This document shows, piece after piece, positions 11,860 through 22,860 of a stretch of 64,000 nucleotides of DNA; within the stretch, counting starts at the first letter, position 1, and each line of letters starts with the position of its first letter. The stretch lies in NCBI GenBank assembly GCA_964252035.1, contig OZ176205.1. One strand, 5' to 3'. The notes below the pieces were generated by a model. The model was not told the DNA's origin and did not search any database. It was given only the letters and a program-made list of their open reading frames with translations. The DNA comes from Podarcis erhardii (taxonomy: Eukaryota). The position numbers and the translations under genes are program-made.

Positions 11860-12360
11860 AAACTCTTTGTATGCTCCTAATCCTGAAGCAACACAGCTTT
11901 AGCAACATCCAGGGATAAAAGCACCATCAAACCACAACTTTATGGGGGCAAATCTCTTTTAATCCCTCGCTTTAGCTAAACAAAGCTTCTCGACCTAATC
12001 CGCTATCGCTTCAAGGAAAAAAAAAAAGCTAAGATTTTGTTTTTAGTAAGAAGATGATCCAAAGGACTAATTTTGAGAGAGACTAACCAAGTCTGACAGC
12101 CTTTAAAATAGGCAACGGGAAAATAGATGCAAACTTCCCTCTCAATTCAAGGTTTTCTATGCAATAATAAGAAATATATCTAGGGTTTAACTGCTTTCCC
12201 CTTAAGCTCACTCTTATTGTATTAAATTCTCTGACCAACTCAGATTCAAATCGCCCAGGCCTAAATGTCATTTGATCTTTAAAAGGGGAGTAAAACGTGT
12301 GCATATGATTCCCAGGAAGGCAGGACAAGGAAAATCAATTATCATAAACAAGGATTATAT
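11860..12360. promoter_or_regulatory. Putative enhancer with clustered K50-homeodomain (OTX/CRX/PITX-type) motifs
   Basis: TAATCC at 11878, 11960 and 11996 and GGATTA at 12352, in repeat-free sequence. Confidence 0.35.
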
Positions 12361-12902
12361 TACACACAGAGACAGTATTGTGGGGGGCAGGGGCAGGACG
12401 GGTGTGTGTGTAACATATACCAAAATGGCAAAGGTAGAATATTTAAGCTTTCACAGTTTGAAGAAGTATTTGATTGCATTAAGAATGATTCTTTATGAAT
12501 AGACTGCCCTGGGGTGTCTGGGAGTATGCAGGATTGAAACTACTTTACAATCCATCTCAAATCATTATCCCACACTTTACTCAAACTCTAGAGTTGACAC
12601 TGTTGTCCAGGGGAAGTAGGTGCTCCGAAGAAACACATTCCATGTTTTTTGTTTTTTGCAACATTAAGGGTGCCTCCCTGTGCATGCTTACCTGGAGCAA
12701 GTCTCACTGAACTAGTGTTTACTTCTGAGTAGAAATGCTTAAGGTTGCACTTCAAATTGCTGGTCCAACTTGGGCATTAGTTGTTCCTTCTTGCTGATAC
12801 AGACAACTGAAATACTGGGAGACAAACAAATAGTGATGAGGAAAGTCCATACAGGCACAATATGAACCCAAAATATTTGAACCAATGTGTGCTCATGTAA
12901 TA

Positions 12903-13123
12903 CAGTGGTACCTCAGGTTACATACGCTTCAGGTTACAGACTCCGCTAACCCAGAAATATTACCTCGGGTTAAGAACTTTGCTTCAGGATGAGAACAGAA
13001 ATTTTCCTCTAGCAGTGGCAGCGGGAGGCCCCATTAGCTAAAGTGGTGCTTCAGGTTAAGAACAGTTTCAGGTTAAGAACGGACCTCCGGAACGAATTAA
13101 GTACTTAACCCGAGGTACCACTG
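12903..13123. mobile_element. Complete Tigger-like MITE
   Basis: TA|CAGTGGTACCTCAGGTTA … TTAACCCGAGGTACCACTG|TA. Confidence 0.92.
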
Positions 13124-14561
13124 TAAACCGCTTTTGAAGTGGTGCAAGAATAACATATTTCAACTGAGTTCTTTAGCTCTTGCTTCTGTGCTCTCTGTTT
13201 TTAGGGGTTCCATTCTAAGAGCTGTGCAATTAAGGCTGTGTCTCTTCACTGCTTCCTTAGGTCAGGATTTTTCCTTTATGCAACAAGCTGCTTTTGAAAA
13301 GGGCTTCAGAAAAGCAGTGTGGAATATGGCCTGGGGTCAACTGTTTGGAGAAAATAATAATAAAAAACCCCTCAACCCAGCTAGTGCAAGTCTCTTGAGT
13401 GCGCTCAAGCAACTCCTTGGATTCCAGCATTAATGGCTGGTTTCATCATTAATTTACTCTCATCTTTGTTACACGTGCCTCTGGATCCTTCTGTGTTGTA
13501 CTTTGTGTGCTGTACATGGGCTTGCACCTCCTAGAAATTGCTGGACATTTCTTTTTTCTTTAACCAAGCCATAGGTACACACAGCCCATGCAGCTAGACT
13601 AGAGGATGCAAAATGGGGTGTGGGTATTGAACAGACATCTCTACTAGCTCAATATGCTTCTTTTTCATCGAGGAATCAAAGCACCCCAATACTCATGGTG
13701 GAGAAGGAGGTAGAACAAGGGATGATATTACAATAACTCATTTTTCAGTTGATATTTGACCATACTCGGTATTTAATGCAAAGGCATTTGCCAACAGTAT
13801 TTGATAGGTGACCACCTGACACCTTCAAAAGCAATCAGGTGATGCCAGTAGCTATACAAAAGTGCTGTGTTGAAAAAAGCAGGGTTCTATTTCTTGAACA
13901 TTAATGCCACCCCCCACTTTTTGACCATTTCCTGCATCCCTATAAGAAAAGATGAAAACTGTAAGGAGACAGGCGTTGGTTGGGTTTGGGAGAGGCAATA
14001 TGTTGAAGCACCAGAAGCTAGTTGCAGGCATCTGATTAGTTGGGGCCGTGTGTGGATGGGGATGTGTATTTAGGTGCACACCTGAAGGTACATCTGAAGG
14101 AAAGTAAGTTAGCGAGGAGCGCAGAATGCAAATATTTTTGGATGTGCACCGAATGCAGATTTTGACAATATGCCCCATATTACTTTCAGCAGGATGTTAT
14201 GCATGTTTACTGAAATGCATATCCCACCCACAACCTGCTCCAACTTCAAATGCTTAAGTATACAGAATTAGAGCTGAGCTGGAGCAAAAGTCCTGCAGCA
14301 TAGCATTGGCAGGCAATAAAATCACCAGTGCAGTACAGTAAGACTAGGAATGTCGACCCTGTTCCCTAGGCAATGTGGATGCCTTCTCTTCCTGCCTCTC
14401 TAGAGCAGTGTTTCCCAACCGGTGTTCCGCGGCACACTAGTGTGCCGCGAGACGTTGCCTGGTGTGCCGTGGGAGGGAGGCGGGCGAGTCGGGCGGCGAG
14501 AGGCGGGGCGGCGGCGGCGAGCACACGCGGGGCGGGGAGCGAGCTCCCTCCCACATCCCAT

Positions 14562-15788
14562 CGCCCCGTGCTCCGCGCTGTTGTAGGCCAGCCTTGCGCA
14601 CCCGGGGGACCTCCCCCCGAGAGCGCAAGGCTTGCGGGCGTCAGCTGGCAGCGCGGAGCACGGGGCGCCCTTCGGAGGACGCCCTGTGCTCCGCGCTGGT
14701 GTCGGCCAGCCTTGCGCACCCGGGGGATCTCCCCCCGGGAGCGCAAGGCTTGCGGGCGTCAGCTGGCAGCGCGGAGCACGGGGCGCCCTTCGGAGGACGC
14801 CCCGTGCTCTGCGCTGGTGTCGGCCAGCCTTGCGCACCCGGGGGATCTCCCCCCGGGAGCGCAAGGCTTGCAGGCGTCAGCTGGCAGCGCGGAGCACGGG
14901 GCGCCCTTCGGAGGACGCCCCGTGCTCCGCGCTGGTGTCGGCCAGCCTTGCGCACCCGGGGGATCTCCCCCCGGGAGCGCAAGGCTTGCGGGCAGCAGCC
15001 TGCAGCACGGAGCACGGGGCGCCCTCCAGAGGACGCCCCGTGCTCCGCGCTGGTGTTGGCCAGCCTTGCGCACCCGGGGGATCTCCCCCCGGGAGCGCAA
15101 GGCTTGCGGGCGTCAGCTGGCAGCGCGGAGCACGGGGCGCCCTTCGGAGGACGCCCCGTGCTCCACGCAGGTGTCGGCCAGCCTTGCGCACCCGGGGGAT
15201 CTCCCCCCAGGAGCGCAAGGCTTGCGGGCGGCAGCTGGCAGCGCGGAGCACGGGGCGCCCTTCGGAGGACGCCCCGTGCTCCGCGCTGGTGTCGGCCAGC
15301 CTTGCGCACCCGGGGGATCTCCCCCCGGGAGCGCAAGGCTTGCGGGCGTCAGCTGGCAGCGCGGAGCACGGGGCGCCCTTCGGAGGACGCCCCGTGCTCC
15401 GCGCTGGTGTCGGCCAGCCTTGCGCACCCAGGGGATCTCCCTCCGGGAGCGCAAGGCTTGCGGGCAGCAGCCTGCAGCACGGAGCACAGGGCGCCCTCCA
15501 GAGGACGCCCCGTGCTCCGCGCTGGTGTTGGCCAGCCTTGCGCACCCGGGGGATCTCCCCCCGGGAGCGCAAGGCTTGCGGGCGTCAGCTGGCAGCGCGG
15601 AGCACGGGGCGCCCTTCGGAGGACGCCCCGTGCTCCACGCAGGTGTCCGCAAGCCTTGCGCACCCGGGGGATCTCCCCCCAGGAGCGCAAGGCTTGCGGG
15701 CGGCAGCTGGCAGCGCGGAGCACGGGGCGCCCTTCGGAGGACGCCCCGTGCTCCGCGCTCGTGTTGGCAAGCCTTGCGCACCCGGGGG
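14562..15788. repeat. GC-rich 118-bp minisatellite, about 10.4 copies
   Basis: The motif cgccccgtgctccgcgctg recurs every 118 bp (e.g. 14798, 14916, 15034, 15152, 15270). Unit variants recur at 472-bp spacing. Confidence 0.97.
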
Positions 15789-15989
15789 GCGCATGGGGCG
15801 CCCTGAAACAGAGGGTTCCCCATGCTGCGGACTGTAGCCTGCCGCCGGACGCGCGGGGCGCCCTGAAGCAGAGCGCCCCTCGCGCCAGGCAGACATGGGC
15901 CAGCCCCACAAGCTCGGGGGACAGCGGGGAGGCGCAGCACCGCCATCCCACTGTTCCCCGACCTGGTTTTTTGGGGGGGAAATAAAGGG

Positions 15990-16071
15990 AAAAATTTTTT
16001 CCTTTATTTCCCCCCTCAAAAAAGTAGGTGCGTCCTATGGGACGGAGCGTCCTATGGGACGAAAAATACGG
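15990..16071. mobile_element. Orphan terminus of a CCGTA-ended (Tc2/pogo-like) DNA transposon
   Basis: …ggtgcgtcctatgggacggagcgtcctatgggacGAAAAATACGG|TA, with a doubled subterminal repeat. No matching TACCGTATTTTTC end in the window. Confidence 0.7.
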
Positions 16072-17016
16072 TACTTACTATTTCATAATAAAGTAATTAT
16101 AAAATACTTTCTTTGTGTTTATTTGATTCCTATTAAAGAGAGTTACTTTATATATAGTCAATATAGGCACAGAGTTAATTTTTTAAACATTTTCTAATGG
16201 TGGTGTGCCTCGAGATTTTTTTCATGAAACAAGTGTGCCTTTGCCCAAAAAAGGTTGGGAAACACTGCTCTAGAGTGAGGGTGATAGGAGGATATGTTTG
16301 CTGACTGTGACATTGCTGCCACATAGTCAAATCTGCTTGCTTGCTGTAGCATCATCTTGTTCATGATGTGATCCCTGATTGATTGGATAATGCAGGCCAA
16401 AGATCCTTTTAAAAGAGTATCAAGGCAGCAAGAGTTTGGAGGGACAATGGCTGCACAGTGCTAAACCTGCACAAAAGAGTGGGAGGCAGGATTTTTTAAA
16501 AAAGAAATCCCCTCAATGTTAAGGGCAAAAATTGAACCTCACACACAAAAAATGGCACACCACTAATTTAAAGTTCAATCTAGACAAAACACAGGTAAGC
16601 AGTTCACCGATTCTAGGAGGTGGTGATCGACCTGCTCTCGATGGGGCTGCATGCAGGAGTGACTGGTATAGTGGGGCAGAGCCATATGCCTTCCACCCAA
16701 GTCCCAGCATTTACCAGGATGGGTCTGAGGTATGTTGCTTGCAAGGCTAGGACTGTGTGGACTCACTGGAGGGAGAGCCAGATTGTAAAGGACCTTCTAA
16801 TTGCAGATGAATGCCACGAGGACTTGAGAAGGACTTGAGAATAAATAAATGGCAAACTGTTGTGGGAATGTGGACAAGTGAACTTAATTTGGAGACATGA
16901 GAAACTGAGAGAAACCAAAATGGATAGATTTCCCCATCCCTACTGACAGCAGAGTCCCCTACTCCAAGCTTCCTGCCCAATTATACACTTCAGCTACCAT
17001 GTTCAAGGCACAGACA

Positions 17017-17219
17017 AGGGGCTCTTTAACCCTCTCCTCCCAAAATAAGAAAAAAGGTGTTGGGTAGATTTTCTTTCTTTGTGACCCTCAGCTGCTCACG
17101 TCCATTTGCTTCTGACCTGGACTGCAAATGGAAGTAAGCACCTGAGGGGTAAGGGGGAAACCCCATTAAACCCTCAATTGCTATTTTCTCTGGGAAAGGG
17201 TGAGGGGTTAAGGAGCCCT
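17017..17219. mobile_element. Palindromic MITE-like element
   Basis: Left aggggctctttaaccctctcctccca is an imperfect inverted repeat of right tgggaaagggtgaggggttaaggagccct. Central hairpin ccatttgc/gcaaatgg. Confidence 0.55.
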
Positions 17220-18586
17220 CAGATTGTGTCGTGCTGAATAAGGTCCTTCAATCCTTGCTCAACTCCAAACATGCCCTGGTTTTAAAAAAAGTTGTTGACC
17301 AGGAGATCTAGCTACTACTGCACTGCAATTTAAGGAAAGACACTCAAGCAAAGACGTGATCTCGTACAGCCATCTGGCTAACCCACTCATTTCCAGAAAA
17401 ATCCATTGTGTTTTACTCCTCTGTTCAGCTCTAATGCTGTCTGCTATCACGCATAGCTGATCACAGTGAACCAATTAGCTGCCATGGCTGATGACAGGTT
17501 CTCCCCCTTTAATCTGCTCCTGTTTTATTGTCTAAGCTGACGATGGCGATTCCCCTAGACGTTGATCCCAAAAACACCTCAACTGCGGTTGTTAATCTGG
17601 TTAAAATATTTACAAATCTCTTTCTTCTTTCCCCATTCCAGCTGAATAGGCAGGGGTGGGTTGGAGCAGCATAGGCCCATCACTGTGCTAGAGGTGCACA
17701 GGATTATTCTTATGTTGTATAGACACAATAGATGGCAGATAAAAAGGAGCTTCCCAGACACCCGACTTGCCAAGTAGCTGTATTAGGTTGCTTAAAAAAT
17801 ATATCTGCATAATATGTTCCATCTCCATACGTAAGCATGCAGTGGCACAAGAATGAACTCAAAGCAAATGAAAAACCACTAGGAAGAAAAAACAAACCTG
17901 GCCTATAATATGTAGTTCTTTAGCAACAGGTAGAGTTTCTCAGCCTATATTGGGGGGTGATAAGCTCAAACCTGGGAAATCAGTGAATCCACAGGTCAGA
18001 ATCCAATGCTGAGTTTTTGTGGTATTGAATTATGATCCATCCGCATTTATTTAACAGTCATTCACGGCGGTAAAAACAATGTACCACCAGCAAGACCATT
18101 ATAGGTCAAGCTCCTTCCATGCAGCAGTTTCCTTGGGAACATGTTCAGTGGAGGTTTTTGCAGAAGGCATGGAGGAAGATTTTCAGCATGAGGGCTGCAT
18201 TCCCCAAGGAGAAAACTTTCAGGAGCCACAAGATGGTAGTGGGGAAATGGGCAGAGCCACAGGAACAACTTTTAATTGCATGCAGTAGGTGATATTTAAG
18301 CCACGCAAAAGCCGGACTCTTCAAAAACACACATACATCTCTCAAGCCAAGCAAGAGGCAGTATCATAGTTCATGGACATATTCCAGCTGGACAAAAGCT
18401 GGAAGGTGTAGAGCAGGGCTGGTGAGGATTGAAGCCTAGGGAGGTGGTGTGGGCTGGGAGAGAGTTCCCAAGGCCAGACAGATGTTTCCAGAGGGCCACA
18501 TTCAGTCCCTGGGCCTAAGGTTCTTCACTCCTGTGTTATATTGTCAGAACCAGAGCTTTGCTGGTGCTGTTCTGATTTTTAAGAAA

Positions 18587-19232
18587 GGCAGTGTGGTGTA
18601 GTGGTTCAGAGCGGTGGACTTGTAATCTGGTGAACCAGGTTTGATTCCCCGCTCCTCCACATGCAGCTGCTGGGTGACCTTGGGCTAGTCACACTTCTTT
18701 GAAGTCTCTCAGCCCCACTTACCTTGTTGTGGGGGAGGAAGGGAAAGGAGATTGTTAGCCGTTTTGAAACTCCTTAGGGTAGTGAATTGATGCTTTTGAA
18801 TTATGGTGCTGGAGGAGACTCTTGAGAGTCCCATGGACTGCAAGAAGATCAGACCTATCCATTCTTAAGGAAATCAGCACTGAGTGCTCACTGGAAGGAC
18901 AGATCCTGAAGCTGAGGCTCCAATACTTTGGCCACCTCATGAGAAGAGAAGACTCCCTGGAAAAGACCCTGATGTTGGGAAAGATGGAGGGCACAAGGAG
19001 AAGGGGACAACAGAGGATGAGATGGTTGGACAGTGTTCTCGAAGCTACCAGCATGAGTGTGACCAAACTGCGGGAGGCAGTGGAAGACAGGAGTGCCAGG
19101 TGTGCTCTGGTCCATGGGGTCACGAAGAGTCATACAAGACTAAACGACTAAACAACAACAACAACAACAACAACAACAGGGTAGTGATAATGCGGGATAT
19201 CAAATCCAAACTCTTCTTCTCTTCTTCTTCCC
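18587..19232 (+). mobile_element. tRNA-derived MIR-like SINE (Squam3-type), interrupted by Bov-B
   Basis: tRNA-like head gtgtggtgtagtggttcagagcggtggac…ggtttgattccc. The body matches 27595-27837. The (TTC)n tail resumes after the Bov-B insert. Confidence 0.88.
18786..19177 (+). mobile_element. 5'-truncated Bov-B (RTE) LINE
   Basis: ORF 18822-19151 (…LRLQYFGHLMRREDSLEKTLMLGKMEGTRRRG…RWLD) is the RTE/Bov-B RT C-terminus. (AAC)n tail. 10-bp TSD agggtagtga (18776-18785, 19178-19187). Confidence 0.95.
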
Positions 19233-19492
19233 CCTGGAAAAGAGAGGTCTTGGGAGACAATATGATTACAGCATTCAGATATAGTGTGTACTCTGAATAG
19301 GGCGAGAAAGAATCATTTCTGCATTTCCACCATAAGCTACCTAGACAGTGACTATTCACCTCGATTTCAAGCTGGTGAAATAGGCATACAGCTGCATCAT
19401 CAGATGTGCTGCTGAGGATGTGGCCCTTGGGCTCCCTGTGTTTCTCCCCAATGCTGCCCTGTTTCCCAATGCATTCAGCCATTTGCTCAGGC

Positions 19493-19721
19493 CAGGGCCG
19501 GCCAGCTATTTTGTTCTGTGACGGCAACTGCGACTGCTTGCCTGTCTGCCAATATCTCACCATACTTTCTGAATGCTGCTATTGCTTGATGAGCTCCACA
19601 GACCCAGCTCCATTCCGGCCACTCCAGCTTGGGAGCAAGATTACTGATGCCAGCTGGTGCTGCTTCATTTGTTGGGGACATTCGGAAACCACCATCCACA
19701 GATCTCGAGGACTCGGCCCTG
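19493..19721. mobile_element. Old hAT-like MITE
   Basis: Inverted ends CAGGGCCGG…CTCGGCCCTG. The TSD is only 4/8 conserved. Confidence 0.4.
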
Positions 19722-20584
19722 GCACAAAGGACAGAGTGATGAATCTCTTCAGTGGCTGGTGGTTCTGCCGATGAGGGGACAGGAGGAAGGGGGGTAAGGG
19801 AGGAAAGGAAAGGGGAGGGAAGTGGGACAAGAATCGCATCCAGCCTAGGAAGATTACTGCCATAAAAGCAATGCTGGAAGGGGCTAGTTATCAAGTGGAA
19901 AACAAGGAAGTACAACCAGCTCCCCAGTCACCAGATTTAGAGGACTCTGGTTGGAAGGTTTGCACTCCTGTGGGCCATTAGGGCCGGAGCAGAAATGGAT
20001 GCAGTAATCCAGAACATATTGAGTCTCTAGGTTACCATGAAATATAATGCAGAGAAAAATGAATTATTTTCGAAGGGAAGCTGCAGAAAGCACATACAGC
20101 TTCCCCCCTCCTCCTTTTATTGGAACTATGATATCAACAGCCTCTCTTAACAGTTGAAAACAGCTGCTTATGTTTTTCATAGAGTTTTAAAGGCCCCCTT
20201 TGGACTTGGCTGCTGGGGGTTACAAAGGGGAGCTTGTGCAGGAGGGAAAGGAGGAAGGAGAGATGGGGAAGGTGAACTTCAGAGGAGTAGCAGCAGCAGT
20301 AGCTAGTTTTCCTTGTTGTTTTCTTTCTGATCCTGGCTGTAAAAGATACTCATTCCTGCCCCAGCCATGCTTACAAACTGCCGGTTGAAATTTGCCTGTA
20401 TGTGGACATGTCCTTACCACATAGATCATCCTACCATGGGCTGAACTAGGGGTTTTGCTTTGTTGTGCCTCTTGCTCCCGTGTGGTTATTATTCCTGTAT
20501 ACCTGAAGGAGAGTCTTCACCCCCACCATTCAGCCCAGATACTGAGATCCAGCTTGGAGGGTTTTCTGGCAGTTCCCTGATTGC

Positions 20585-20840
20585 GAGAAGTGAGGTTACA
20601 GGGAACCAGGCAGAGGGCCTTCTCGGTAGTGGAGCCTGCCCTGTGGAACACTCTCCCACCAGATGTCAAGGAAATAAACAAGTATTTGACTTTAAGAAGA
20701 TGTCTGAAGGCAACCTGTATAGGGAAGTTTTTACTGTTTGATGTTTTATTGCGTTTTTAATATTTTTGGGAGCTTCCCAGAGTGGCTGAGGCAACCCATT
20801 CAGATGGGTGGCATATAAATAAAATAATAATAATAATAAT
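20585..20840 (+). mobile_element. L2-clade LINE 3' fragment
   Basis: gaggttacagggaaccaggcagagggccttctcggtagtgg… matches the reverse complement of 30550-30810. (AAT)n tail. Confidence 0.9.
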
Positions 20841-22677
20841 TCAAGTTGTCAGCACGGATGTGTGCATGTGCTGAGCCAGATCAGGACTGTAGTCTATGCC
20901 CCACAGTGTGCGCCCATTGCAATGGAAAGAAAGGTTCTGTAGGCACTGCTGGATAGCTTTGGCTCCCATTGCAAACAGCAGGCATGGGTTGGGGATTCAG
21001 TCAGGACCACAGTGGAACAAAGATTAAAATCTCCCTCCCTCCCCACCAGAGTCCTGATCCAGCTCCCTGCACCATGCCTGCAATTTGTGAAGGGAAAGCA
21101 ACCAGCCAATCAAATTATATGACAAATGTCACATCTAGTTTAGTCCTTTAGTCCATCTGGAGTTGTAGATTAGAATAAGGTGGTGATTTCCCTGATTTAT
21201 AATGCAATCTTATGCACTGAATGCAGTGGAATCTCCAGGTAGGTCAGAGTAGGGTTGCAACATTGAAATGTTTGCATGTAAAACATGAGAAGCAAAATGA
21301 AGAGCATCCACATGAAAGCTGCTAGGGGGAAAACAAAGAGCCCTTCTTTCTACATGAGTTTACAATTGTCTACCAACACAGACACTTTCTCATACAACCT
21401 GCATGGGTGGGGCAAAATATGACAGGAGCTGAGCTATGAGACCATAAGGAATTATACAACCCCCCCCCCGAAGGCATTTGCCTTATTTATTGCCCCTATT
21501 TCCAGTTTTGCGCATAACGTATGCCACCAAACAAGAGCATGGCCAGTTGATAGATCTGGCAGGTATCAAGGACCTGAAGGACTTGACATCCCAGAATGCT
21601 TCAAGGCCAAATGCCACAGAGTTATGGAAAATGGCCTGATTTCATGCAGATGCTCTTATTGGGAAGAGATCCTTCTCTTATTTGCTGCTCAGTTGAAGCT
21701 ACTTAAACAGGATAAGCAAACCTCTCTTATGTCACAAAGATAAGGCAACCGGGAGCAGTTCTGCTCTGTTCTTTGCTGAAACCTTCTAGCCGACAGAGTC
21801 TAGGTAGGCACCTCTTCCCTGTGCATCTGTGCGTGTACAGAGAGAGTGCTGTTATCCATGCAGGCCTCTTCATCAGCTTAACAAGCCTAGTGATCAGCAT
21901 GAAAGCAAGAACAGCAGGACAGGGTATTTGTCACCGAAGAAAAAAGGGCGTGTGGTGCTCCATCCACATTGCCTGTCCTTGGGAAAATTGTAGCCTGAGG
22001 GTAACAAAATGTCCAGGCCTTCATCTGGCAGAGAAGGGGCTGCAGGCTGCTGCCTTCTCTAGTCATTGCAAATAAATCTCCGTTACCAATACAAAAGGCT
22101 CTTGGGAGAGAGCATTGATATACCTCAGTGTGAAACCCAAACATGTCTGCTACCTCCCCATGAGGATGGAGCAAGTGTAGAATGGGTTAATTAGGAGGAT
22201 AATGAGCTAACAAGGTTTCATTTCTGTTCAGTGGCTCAATGAGGAATTCATTAGGGGGGCTTAATCTAACAGAACAATTCCAAGGCTTAGAAAGATTGCC
22301 CATTGATTGGCAACTGGAGGGTTTATTTACAGGTTTTCACTTGAGGGGAGAGGGTCAAATATGTGTGTGTGTGTGTGTCAAATAGGGTCATTAGATGGAT
22401 TGTAAAGTCCAATCTGGCCAGGGATGAGTCTTAAAATAATGCTGATATGCAACATTTGGGGGTCGGAGGGATAGGCTCTCAGTAGGAGATATACTCTACT
22501 TAATCATGTTGTGTTGACGTACCCCAGATGATCCTGTGAATGAGACAGAACTCTAACTAAACACTCAGTCAAGCAGAAAGACCACAATCCAGAAGTTCCA
22601 AGAGAGCAATGCAAACTAAGGATCTGATCCTGCTGGTTGCAATACAAACTGTGTCAAAGAGATAAACAATTATATGA

Positions 22678-22812
22678 CTTTTTGCAGACATCTGAAGGCA
22701 GCCCTGTTTTGGGAAGCTTTTAATGTTTGGTGTTTCGTTGTGTTCTTTTATATTCTGTGGGAAGCCACCCAGAGTGACTGAGGCAACTCGGTTAGATAGG
22801 TAGGTACAAGAA

Positions 22813-22857
<45 letters not shown>
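22678..22857 (+). mobile_element. L2-clade LINE 3' fragment with (ATT)n tail
   Basis: gacatctgaaggcagccctg…gggaagccacccagagtgactgagg…(att)n. Confidence 0.85.

Positions 22858-22860
<3 letters not shown>

Larger units (their letters stand above)
14406..16267. mobile_element. Non-autonomous hAT (Charlie/Buster-type) DNA transposon, 1862 bp
   Basis: Perfect 15-bp TIRs CAGTGTTTCCCAACC / GGTTGGGAAACACTG. Perfect 8-bp TSD CTCTAGAG (14398-14405, 16268-16275), matching the NTCTAGAN target preference of Buster/Charlie hATs. GTGTGCC subterminal motifs at both ends. No transposase. Confidence 0.95.

Noticed and set aside
14562-15788. CRISPR-like, 5S rDNA-like or retrozyme interpretation of the 118-bp array
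   Set aside because: There are no unique spacers. There is no similarity to 5S rRNA despite the similar length. Neither strand has a CUGANGA/GAAA hammerhead core.
14373-16019. Long ORFs (477, 507, 401, 277, 231 aa) on both strands
   Set aside because: They are artefacts of a stop-poor, very GC-rich 118-bp tandem repeat. The peptides cycle through the three frames of the same unit, and no transposase or other domain is present.
17480-17560. CTGATGA as a possible second hammerhead core
   Set aside because: No stem II followed by GAAA at a workable distance.
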